Assembly: GCF_902652985.1 (NCBI RefSeq)
Contig: NC_047015.1
Location: forward strand, 7,378,001 to 7,442,000
Source: Pecten maximus
Taxonomy: Eukaryota
Length of the DNA stretch: 64,000 nucleotides
Direction of reading: 5' to 3'
Shown here: in pieces, positions 41,401-53,400 of the stretch
How the letters are laid out: each line of letters starts with the position of its first letter
How positions within the stretch are numbered: the stretch's first letter is position 1
Translations under genes and position numbers: made by a program
Notes under the pieces: generated by a model
What the model was told of the DNA's origin: nothing
The model's input: the letters and a program-made list of their open reading frames with translations, nothing else
Databases searched by the model: none

Positions 41401-44400
41401 TAGTTGTTTCCGGAACAGTTGTGGACGTTGTTGATTGTACAGGTGCGGAACTTGTTTCCGGAACAGTTGTTGACGTTGTTGATAGTACTGGTGTGGTAGT
41501 TGTTTCCGGAACAGTTGTCGACGTTGTTGATTGCACTGATGTGGTAGTTGTTTCCGGAATAGTTGTGGACGTTGTCGATAGTACTGGTGTGGTAGTTGTT
41601 TCCGGAACAGTTGTCGATAGTACTGGTGTGGTAGTTGCTTCCGGAATACTTGTCGATGTTGTTGATTGTACTGGTGTGGTAGTTGCTTCCGGAACACTTG
41701 ACGATGTTGTTGATTGTACTGGTGTGGTAGTTGCTTCCGGAACACTTGTCGATGTTGTTGATAGTACTGGTGTGGTAGTTGTTTCCGGAACAGTTGTCGA
41801 AGTTGTTGATACAACTGGTGTGGTAGTTGTTTCCGGAACAGTTGTCGAAGTTGTTGATACAACTGGTGTGGTAGTTGTTTCCGGAACAGTTGTCGACGAT
41901 GTTGATACAACTGGTGTGGTAGTTGTTTCCGGAACAGTTGTGGACGTTATTGATAGTACAGGTGTGGAACTTGATTCCAGAACAGTTGTGGAAGTTGTCG
42001 ATAGTACTGGTGTGGTAGTTGTTTCCGGAACAGTTGTGGACGTTGTTGATAGTACTGATGTGGTAGTTGTTTCCGGAACAGTTGCGGACGTTGTCGATAG
42101 TACTGGTGTGGTAGTTGATTCCGGAACAGTTGTGGACGTTGTCGATAGTACTGGTGTGGTAGTTGTTTCCGGAACAGTTGTGGACGTTGTCGATAGTACT
42201 GGTGTGGTAGTTGTTTCCGGAATAGTTTTGGATGTTGTTGATAGTACTGGTGTGGTAGTTGTTTCCGGAACAGTTGTGGACGTTGTTGATAGTACTGGTG
42301 TGGTAGTTGTTTCCGGAAAAGTTGTGGACATTATTGATAATACTGGTGTGGTAGTTGTCTCCGGAACAGTTGTCGACGTTGTTGATAGAACTGATGTGGT
42401 AGTTGATTCCGGAACAGTTGTGGACGTTGTCGATAGTACTGGTGTGGTAGTTGTTTCCGGAACAGTGGTGGACGTTGTTGATAGTACTGATGTGGTAGTT
42501 GTTTCCGGAACAGTTGCGGACGTTGTCGATAGTACTGGTGTGGTAGTTGATTCCGGAACAGTTGTGGACGTTGTCGATAGTACTGGTGTGGTAGTTGTTT
42601 CCGGAACATGTGTGGACGTTGTCGATAGTACTGGTGTGGTAGTTGTTTCCGAAACAGTTGTGGACGTTGTTGATAGTACTAGTGTGGTAGTTGTTTCCGG
42701 AACAGTTGTGGACGTTGTTGATAGTACTTCTGCGGTAGTTGTTTCCGGAACAGTTGTCGATAGTACTGGTGTGGTAGTTGTTTCGGGACCAGTTGTGGAC
42801 GTTGTTGATAGCACTGATGTGGTAGCCGTTTCCGGAACGGTTGTGGACGTTGTTGATAGTACTGGTGTGGTAGTTGTTTCCGGAACTGTTGTAGACGTTG
42901 TCGATAGTACTGATGTGGTAGTTGTTTCGGGGACAGTTGAGGACGTTGTTGATAGTACTGGTGTGGTAGTTGTTTCTTGAACAGTTGTGGACGTTGTTGA
43001 TAGTACTGATGTGGTAGCTGTTTCCGGAACAGTTGTCGATAGTACTGGTGTGGTAGTTGTTTCTTGAACAGTTGTGGACGTTGTCGATAGTACTGATGTG
43101 GTAGTTGTTTCCGGAATATTTGTGGACGTTGTTGATAGTACTTCTGCGGTAGTTGTTTCCGGAACAGTTGTCGATAGTACTGCTGTGGTAGTTGTTTCGG
43201 GAACAGTTGTGGACGTTGTTGATAGTACTGGTGTGGTAGTTGTTTCCGGAACAGTTGTCGACGTTGTTGATAGTACGTCTGCGGTAGTTGTTTCCGGAAC
43301 AGCTGTCAATAGTACTGGTGTGGTAGTTGTTTCGGGAACAGTTGTGGACGTTGTTGATAGTACTTCTGCGGTAGTTGTTTCCGGAATAGTTGTGGACGTT
43401 GTCGATAGTACTGGTGTGGTAGCTGTTTCCGGAACAGTTGTGGACGTTGTTGATAGTAATGGTGTGGTAGTTGTTTCGGGAACAGTTGTGGACGTTGTTG
43501 ATAGTACTTCTGCGGTAGTTGTTTCCGGAACAGCTGTCAATAGTACTGGTGTGGTAGTTGTTTCGGGAACAGTTGTGGACGTTGTTGATAGTAATGATGT
43601 GGTAGTTGTTTCCGGCACAGTCTTGGACGTCGCTGATAGTACCGGTGTAGTAGTTGTTTCCTGAATAATTGTCGATAGTACTGATGTGGTAGTTGTTTCC
43701 GGAATAGTTGTGGACGTTGTTGATAGTAATGATGTGGTAGTTGTTTCCGGCACAGTTTTGGACGTCGCTGATAGTACTGGTGTAGTAGTTGTTTCCTGAA
43801 CAATTGTCGATAGTACTGGTGTGGTAGTTGTTTCCGGAACAGTTGTGGACGTTGTTGATAGTACTTCTGCGGTAGTTGTTTCCGGAACAGTTGTGGACGT
43901 TGTTGATAGTACTTCTGCGGTAGTTGTTTCCGGAACAGTTGTCGATAGTACTGATGTGGTAGTTGTTTCCGGAACAGTTGTCGATAGTACTGGTGTGGTA
44001 GTTGTTTCGGGAACAGTTGTGGACGTTGTCGATAGTACTGGTGTGGTAGTTGTTTCGGGACCAGTTGTAGACGTTGTCGATAGAACTGGTGTGGTAGCTG
44101 TTTCCGGAACAGTTGTGGACGTTGTCGATAGAACTGGTGTGGTAGTTGTTTCCGGAACAGTTGTGGACGTTGTCGATAGTACTGGTGTGGTAGTTGTTTC
44201 GGGAACAGTTGTGGACGTTGTCGATAGTACTGGTGTGGTAGTTGTTTCCGGAACAGTTGTCGATAGTACTGGTGTGGTAGTTGTTTCGGGAACAGTTGTG
44301 GACCTTGTCGATAGTACTGGTGTGGTAGTTGTTTCGGGACCAGTTGTAGACGTTGTCGATAGAACTGGTGTGGTAGCTGTTTCCGGAACAGTTGTGGACG

Positions 44401-47400
44401 TTGTCGATAGAACTGGTGTGGTAGTTGTTTCCGGAACAGTTGTGGACGTTGTCGATAGTACTGGTGTGGTAGTTGTTTCGGGAACAGTTGTGGACGTTGT
44501 CGATAGTACTGGTGTGGTAGTTGTTTCGGGAACAGTTGTGGACGTTGTCGATAGAACTGGTGTGGTAGTTGTTTCCGGAACAGTTGTGGACGTTGTCGAT
44601 AGTACTGGTGTGGTAGTTGTTTCGGGAACAGTTGTGGATGTTGTCGATAGTACTGGTGTGGTAGTTGTTTCGGGAACAGTTGTGGATGTTGTCGATAGTA
44701 CTGGTGTGGTAGCTGTTTCCGGAACAGTTGTGGACGTTGTCGATAGTACTGATGTGGTAGCTGTTTCCGGAACAGTTGTGGACGTTGTCGATAGTACTGG
44801 TGTGGTAGTTGTTTCGGGAACAGTTGTGGACGTTGTCGATAGAACTGGTGTAGTAGTTGTTTCCGGAACAGTTGCGGACGTTGTCGATAGTACTGGTGTA
44901 GTAGTTGTTTCCGGAACAGTTGCGGACGTTGTCGATAGTACTGGTGTGGTAGTTGTTTCCGGAATAGTTGTGGACATTGTTGATAGTACTGCTGTGGCAG
45001 TTGTTTCCGGAATAGTTGTGGACGTTGTTGATAGTACTTCTGCGGTAGTTGTTTCCGGAACAGTTGTCGATAGTACTGGTGTGGTAGTTGTTTCGGGAAC
45101 AGTTGTGGACGTTGTTGATAGTACTTCTGCGGTAGTTGTTTCCGGAACAGTTGTCGATAGTACTGGTGTGGTAGTTGTTTCGGGAACAGTTGTCGATAGT
45201 ACTGGTGTGGTAGTTGTTTCCGGAACAGTTGTGGACGTTGTCGATAGTACTGGTGTGGTAGTTGTTTCTTGAACAGTTGTGGACGTTGTTGATAGTACTG
45301 ATGTGGTAGTTGTTTCCGGAATAGTTGTGGACATTGTTGATAGTACTGGTGTGGTAGTTGTTTCCGGAATAGTTGTGGACGTTGTTGATAGTACTTCTGC
45401 GGTAGTTGTTTCCGGAACAGTTGTCGATAGTACTGGTGTGGTAGTTGTTTCGGGAACAGTTGTGGACGTTGTTGATAGTACTTCTGCGGTAGTTGTTTCC
45501 GGAACAGTTGTCGATAGTACTGGTGTGGTAGTTGTTTCCGGAACAGTTGTCGATAGTACTGGTGTGGTAGTTGTTTCGGGAACAGTTGTGGACGTTGTCG
45601 ATAGTACTGGTGTGGTAGTTGTTTCGGGAACAGTTGTGGACGTTGTTGATAGTACTTCTGCGGTAGTTGTTTCCGGAACAGTTGTCGATAGTACTGGTGT
45701 GGTAGTTGTTTCCGGAACAGTTGTCGATAGTACTGGTGTGGTAGTTGTTTCCGGAACAGTTGTCGATAGTACTGGTGTGGTAGTTGTTTCGGGAATAGTT
45801 GTGGACGTAGTTGATAATACTGGTGTGGTAGTTGTTTCCGGAATAGTTGTGGACGTAGTTGATAGTACTGGTGTGGTAGTTGTTTCCGGAACAGTTGTGG
45901 ACTTTGTTGATAGTAATGGTTTGGTAGTTGTTTCCGAAACAGTTGTGGACGTTGTCGATAGTACTGGTGTGGTAGTTGTTTCCGGAACAGTTGTGGACTT
46001 TGTTGATAGTACTGGTGTGGTAGTTGTTTCTTGAACAGTTGTCAATAGTACTGGTGTGGTAGTTGTTTCCGGAACAGTTGTCAATAGTACTGGTGTGGTA
46101 GTTGGTTCCGGACCAGTTGTGGATGTTGTTGATAGTACTGGTGTGGTAGTTGTTTCCGGAACAGTTGTGGACGTTGTTGATAGTACTGGTGTGGTAGTTG
46201 TTTCCGGAACAGTTGTAGACGTTGTCGATAGTACTGATGTGGTAGTTGTTTCCGGAACAGTTGTGGACGTTGTTGATAGTACTGGTGTTGTAGTTGGTTC
46301 CGGACCAGTTGTGGATGTTGTTGATAGTACTGGTGTGGTAGTTGTTTCCGGAACAGTTGTGGACGTTGTTGATAGTACTGATGTGGTAGTTGTTTCCGGA
46401 ACAGTTGTGGACGTTGTTGATAGTACTGGTGTTGTAGTTGGTTCCGGACCAGTTGTGGATGTTGTTGATAGTACTGGTGTGGTAGTTGTTTCGGGAACAG
46501 TTGTGGACGTTGTTGATAGTACTGCTGTGGTAGTTGTTTCCGGAACAGTTGTCGACGTTGTTGATAGTACTGGTGTGGTGGTTGGTTCCGGACCAGTTGT
46601 GGACATTGTGTATGGCAATGTTGTGGTAGTTCGTTCCAGTGCATTATTTACCAGCGTTGATGATTCAGGCGTTGTAGACGATATCGTTGTTTTTGTAACG
46701 GTTGTTTGAGTATCAGTGCTAGAGTCTGTGATCTGGACAGAGGAGCCCAGTGTTGTTTGAGTATCAGTGCTGGTGTCTGTGATCTGGACAGAGGAGCCCA
46801 GTGTTGTTTGAGTATCAGTGCTAGAGTCTGTGATCTGGACAGAGGAGCCCAGTGTTGTTTGAGTATCAGTGCTGGTGTCTGTGATCTGGACAGAGGAGCC
46901 CAGTGTTGTTTGAGTATCAGTGCTAGAGTCTGTGATCTGGACAGAGGAGCCCAGTGTTGTTTGAGTATCAGTGCTAGAGTCTGTGATCTGGACAGAGGAG
47001 CCCAGTGTTGTTTGAGTATCAGTGCTAGAGTCTGTGATCTGGACAGAGGAGCCCAGTGTTGTTTGAGTATCAGTGCTAGAGTCTGTGATCTGGACAGAGG
47101 AGCCCAGTGTTGTTTGAGTATCAGTGCTAGAGTCTGTGATCTGGACAGAGGAGCCCAGTGTTGTTTGAGTATCAGTGCCAGAATCTGTGGTTTCGACAGA
47201 GGAATCCAAGGTTGCCACAGTATCAGTGTCAGTTGCGGGCGTTACTGTATGTACTGTTGTCATAGTCGATGTCATCGCCGTTCCCGGTTCAATCACCGAT
47301 GAACCTGCCACAAAAAAGAAGCCATCAGAAACAGATTACATTGTTTGCTCGCCTGGACATATTACAACCACGTGACGTAAAAAAATATTTCCACGAGTGA

Positions 47401-50400
47401 TTATCTAATGCAGGCTCCTACACAAGTGTAAAAAAAAAAAAACACAGGAAATCACACAGATATAAAGTCGGAATTTGTAATTCGGTAAGGATATATTCTG
47501 TTTGAAATACCATATTCGTAAATCATCAAATAATTAACTAATTAATTGATTGATTAGCATGTAGTCATTACATTATTCAAAAGGGCGTTTTTTGGTTTTT
47601 GGTTAGTATATTATAGTTGTGAACTGTGTAGGTTAGCATGTTGTAGTTGTGAACTGTGTAGGTTAGTATGTTGTAGTTGTGAACTCTTGTAGGTTAGCAT
47701 GTTGTAGTTGTGAACTGTTGCAGGTTAGCATGCTGTAGTTGTGAACTGTTGCAGGTTAGCATGTTGTAGTTGTGAACTGTGTAGGTTAGCATGTTGTAGT
47801 TGTGAACTGTTGTAGGTTAGCATGCTGTAGTTGTGAACTGTGTAGGTTGGTATGTTGTAGTTGTGAACTGTGTAGGTAAGCATGTTGTAGTTGTGAACTG
47901 TTGCAGGTTAGCATGCTGTAGTTGTGAACTGTGTAGGTTAGCATGTTGTAGTTGTGAACTGTGTAGATCGTCATGTTGTAGTTTGAACTGTGTAGGTTAG
48001 TATGTTGTAGTTGTGAACTGTGTAGGTTAGCATGTTGAAGTTGTGAACTGTGTAGGTTAGCATGTTGTAGTTGTGAACTGTGTAGGTTAGCATGTTGTAG
48101 TTGTGAACTGTGTAGGCTAGCATGTTGTAGTTGTGAACTGTGTAGGTTAGTATGTTGTAGTTGTGAACTGTGTAGGTTAGCATGTTGTAGTTTGAACTGT
48201 GTAGGTTAGTATGTTGTAGTTGTGAACTGTGTAGGTTAGCATGTTGAAGTTGTGAACTGTGTAGGTTAGCATGTTGTAGTTGTGAACTCTTGCAGGTTAG
48301 CATGCTGTAGTTGTGAACTATGTAGGTTAGCATGTTGTAGTTGTGAACTGTGTAGATCGTCATGTTGTAGTTTGAACTGTGTAGGTTAGTATGTTGTAGT
48401 TGTGAACTGTGTAGGTTAGCATGTTGAAGTTGTGAACTGTGTAGGTTAGCATGTTGTAGTTGTGAACTATGTAGGTTAGTATGTTGTAGTTGTGAACTGT
48501 GTAGGTTAGCATGTTGTAGTTGTGAATTGTGTAGGTTAGCATGTTGTAGTTGTGAACTGTGTAGGTTAGCATGTTGTAGTTGTGAACTCTTGTAGGTTAG
48601 CATGTTGTAGTTGTGAACTCTTGTAGGTTAGCATGTTGTAGTTGTGAACTCTTGTAGGTTAGCATGTTGTAGTTGTGAACTGTGTAGGCTAGCATGTTGT
48701 AGTTGTGAACTGTGTAGGTTAGTATGTTGTAGTTGTGAACTGTGTAGGTTAGCATGTTGTAGTTGTGAACTGTGTAGGTTAGCATGTTGTAGTTGTGAAC
48801 TGTGTAGGTTAGCATGTTGTAGTTGTGAACTGTGTAGGTTAGCATGTTGTAGTTATGAACTATTGTAGGTTAGCATGTTGTAGTTGTGAACTGTGTAGGT
48901 TAGTATGTTGTAGTTGTGAACTCTTGTAGGTTAGTATGTTGTAGTTGTGAACTCTTGTAGGTTAGCATATTGTAGTTGTGAACTGTGTAGGTCGTCTGTT
49001 GGTTGGTCTGGTGTAGTTGTGAAGTCTGTTGGTTGGTCTGGTGTTCATGTTCTACCTCTCAATACATTTACAGTCCAGTTGAACACATCACGCGTTACCT
49101 GTGTTTACCTGTATATGTAAATCACAGTAATACTTCCCCATTTTACTTATTTATATTAATTGTAATTTACGGATCAACATCTTCACTGTGATTTATTATG
49201 TATCTATACATATAATATGTATATATAGTACGTTTTTGTAACTGTATATATAAATTGATATAAGCATGCAATCATACAAGACAAAAAAAACCACTGTTTT
49301 TGACATTTAAACAGTTCATGCGATAATAAATAAGGTAGTTCATGAACACTTAAAATTAAATAAAATTAAGATAATTAAAGGACTAACCACTATTTATTCA
49401 CTTTATAAATCACAGATAAAATCAGTTTCATCAAAGTCTCTTTTGTATCAACGATTGATTCATTTCAGTCACATACATTGTATCACTGAATATCATACAT
49501 ACTGCACTGAAGATTAGCATCCATGAAAAGTCTTTGTAATTTTAGAGTTCACAATACACAGGCTTAAAATTTCTTGTACAGTCCCTCTGTATCTCACTAC
49601 TAAAATAATCAGATGGAGGTAAACACACAACAAAAGTTCACACTGACATATATATATAGTTATCATATATAGTTCCTTATTAATCAAACTACTAGTTTAA
49701 ATTCACCATATGTGAATCTACACCTGCGTATGTCATCAGGTCTATGACATTGTTCTTCAATCTAAGCTTGAGGGCCTAGCGTCTGCACTCTGGCTGTCTG
49801 TACTTCTTCATCTTGGAACATGGTCTACCACCAATTTGAAACTGTATGATCTTAGCATCATCGGTGGCTTGAAATCTCCGCAATAGTTTCACGATGGAAT
49901 ATATGTTGGGATGAGGAGGCTGACATAACCGGTTGAGCTTCCTGTACCAGCCCTCATCATATTGTGTCTTGTCTGTGGTCCATCGTGGTCGAAATGATTC
50001 CAGTGTTGCCGATTACCGTAATTTGTGAAATTGAAATTAAAATATAAGTTGTATTTTGGCGAGGGTAAAGAAAGACAAAAGTGGCGAGCCTTGGCGAGCC
50101 ACTTTTGTCTTTCTGTCCCGAGAGAAAACACAGCTTATATTTTAAGACACTGACCATGTATTCTAACATGTATTCTATTTATCCTGCAACAGTTAGCCTA
50201 TAAAAATAATCATTTTGAAGTGAAACGATATCAACAATGATCCAAATATGTTCGTCTTTTTAACGCTGTTTGGCTAGAAAGTAGGAGTGCCTAGGTCAGT
50301 CGAATTGACGCACGTGCTAAGATTCCGAAATACATCGGTTTTCCGTCACTGTCGTATACAGCAAAGCAAAGATATATATATGGTGGGTGTATTCCGACAA

Positions 50401-53400
50401 TGCGGTGGCAGTTGCAGGATAAAAAAAAGCATACGGGCAAGGTCTAAGATCAAGCTCCGCTATGTAATGTAACGTAAACTTTATTATTTTTACAACAATT
50501 GCGAAACAAGTTATATCAACCTCTATTAATCATGCTTGTTGGCCCGGATGGAAGCGCGCGAGGGGTCTTACTGGGGGAGGAAACCGGAGTACCCGGGGAA
50601 AACCCACGTGGTCGGGCAGGTGACCACATACCTTTTCACGTCCGATCGGGGAATCGAACTTCGCTGTAAGAACAAACAATAACTGAAAAACACTACTATA
50701 TACATAGTGATGAACTAGATAGTTCCGGACAAGAATAGAATGTCCCATCTCTAAGAGTAGTCGGTGATGAATCTAGTCGTCTGATATTGCTATCTGTAGA
50801 AAACACCAGGACCCTTACAGCATTGGGAACATCACAATCTAATTAAAATTAGACTTGTAATTTCCGCTTCTCTGCAATCCTCTACGATACTTCAATACAG
50901 AACTTTGGAAAATCATGATCTCCTTTGGAACTCTTCAATTGTTTTTATGACGTCAGTGTTTGATGGTAGTTGGTTTGACCAGTGGTTCTGCTACCCTCAT
51001 TACCATTTGAGATTGAGACTTAACCAGGATGTTTTTATCTTTCTTCAATAGATCTAATTTCTCAGACCTGTCAAATATACGTATATGTATGCATGTACAC
51101 AATTTCCAAATAAAGGGATGGTAAGGATCGGGAGACCCTGTGTTTATTCCCCCGATGTTCTCGTGCTCAACTCGTCTTTCATTAAGGTTTTGTACAAACT
51201 GAATACATTCCTACATTCCTAATTATTTGTGTTAATATCTATATTCGTTAAAATCACTGTTACTAACTTGCAGCCCGTAATGTTCCAAACTACTATTTTC
51301 TTGTCCAACTGTAAGTACAGTGGCGTCTATTAATTGACTTGATTGCTTCCGGTCTAAAAAAATTACCTATTGAGCGTAAGTTTTCTGTTTTGTCTAATGT
51401 CTTTTTAAAATGGCATTGAATCAAGATAAAATGACAAGATATTAACCTGAATATATTGATATCCAGATATTGAGTTTGTTTGTTACAACCGCAAGTTACA
51501 ACGAATTGTTATGTCTACAAAACAGTTAACACATATTTCACCTAGATATGTATGACGCGTGTCGCCGTGACCTAGATATGTATGACGGGTGTCGTCGTGA
51601 CCTAGATATGTATGACGGGTGTCGCCGAGATTTAGATATATATGTCGGGTGTCGTCGTGACCTAGATATGTATAATGAGTGTCTTCGTGACCTAGATATG
51701 TATGATGGGTGTCTTCGTGACCTAGATATGTATGACGGTGTCTACGTGACCTAGATATGTATAAAGGGTGTCGTCGTGACCTAGATAAGTACGAAGGGTG
51801 TCGTCGTGACCTAGATATGTATGACGGGTGTCGCCGAGATTTAAATATATATGTCGGGTGTCGTCGTGACCTAGATATGTATAATGGGTGTCTTCGTGAC
51901 CTAGATATGTATGATGGGTGTCTTCGTGACCTAGATATGTATGACGGTGTCTTCGTGACCTAGATATGTATAAAGGGTGTCGTCGTGACCTAGATAAGTA
52001 TGAAGGGTGTCGTCGTGACCTAGATATGTATGACGGGTGTCGCCGAGATTTAAATATCTATGTCGGGTGTCGTCGTGACCTAGATATGTATAATGGGTGT
52101 CTTCGTGACCTATATATCTATGACGGTGTCGTCGTGACCTAGATATGTATGAAGGGTGTCGTCGTGACCTAGATATGTATGACGGGTGTCGTCGTGACCT
52201 AGATATATATGACGGGTGTCGTCGTTGTTGGGTTTGTTGTATGTGACGTCTGTGTTGTTGGGTTTGTTGTATGTGACGTCTGTGTTGTTGGGTTTGTTGT
52301 ATGTGACGTCTGTGTTGTTGGGTTTGTTGTACGTGACGTCTGTGTTGTTGGGTTTGTTGAAGTTGAAGACTGTGTTGTTGGGTTTGTTGTATGTGACGTA
52401 TGTGTTGTTGGGTTTGTTGTATGTGACGTCTGTGTTGTTGGGTTTGTTGTACGTGACGTCTGTGTTGTTGGGTTTGTTGAAGTTGAAGACTGTGTTGTTG
52501 GGTTTGTTGTATGTGACGTATATGTTGTTGAGTTTGTTGTACGTGACGTCTGTGTTGTTGGGTTTGTTGAAGTTGAAGACTGTGTTGTTGGGTTTGTTGT
52601 ATGTGACGTATATGTTGTTGAGTTTGTTGTATGTGACGTCTGTGTTGTTGGGTTTGTTGTATGTGACGTATGTGTTGTTGGGTTTGTTGTATGTGACGTC
52701 TGTGTTGTTGGGTTTGTTGTATGTGACGTCTGTGTTGTTGGGTTTGTTGTATGTGACGTCTATGTTGTTGGGTTTGTTGTATGTGACGTATGTGTTGTTG
52801 GGTTTGTTGTATGTGACGACTGTGTTGTTGGGTAGACAGTGTTGTTGGGTTTGTTGTATGTGACGTCTGTGTTGTTGGGTTTGTTGTATGTGACGTCTAT
52901 GTTGTTGGGTTTGTTGTATGTGACGTATGTGTTGTTGGGTTTGTTGTATGTGACGACTGTGTTGTTGGGTAGACAGTGTTGTTGGGTTTGTTGTATGTGA
53001 CGTATGTGTTGTTGGGTTTGTTGTATGTGACGACTGTGTTGTTGGGTAGACAGTGTTGTTGGGTTTGTTGTATGTGACGTCTGTGTTGTTGGGTTTGTTG
53101 TATGTGACGACTGTGTTGTTGGGTAGACAGTGTAGTTGGGTTTGTTGTATGTGACGTATGTGTTGTTGGGTTTGTTGTATGTGACGACTGTGTTGTTGGG
53201 TAGACAGTGTTGTTGGGTTTGTTGTATGTGACGTCTGTGTTGTTGGGTCAGTTATATTTGACGATTGCGTTTTTTGGATTGCTGTTATTCGTCCCATCTA
53301 GTTTGGACTATATCAATGACTTTTAAAAAATATGAATTGATTATTTGCTTTCAATTTTTCAGTCTGAATTCGGTCAGCATTTCTTTGTTTTGGATTCGTT

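Noticed and set aside
47786-53297. ORFs in intronic minisatellites (MLTYTVHNYN, MYDGCRRDLD, DVTYNKPNNT)
   Set aside because: Frame-switching translations of 30-bp repeats without supporting splice structure.
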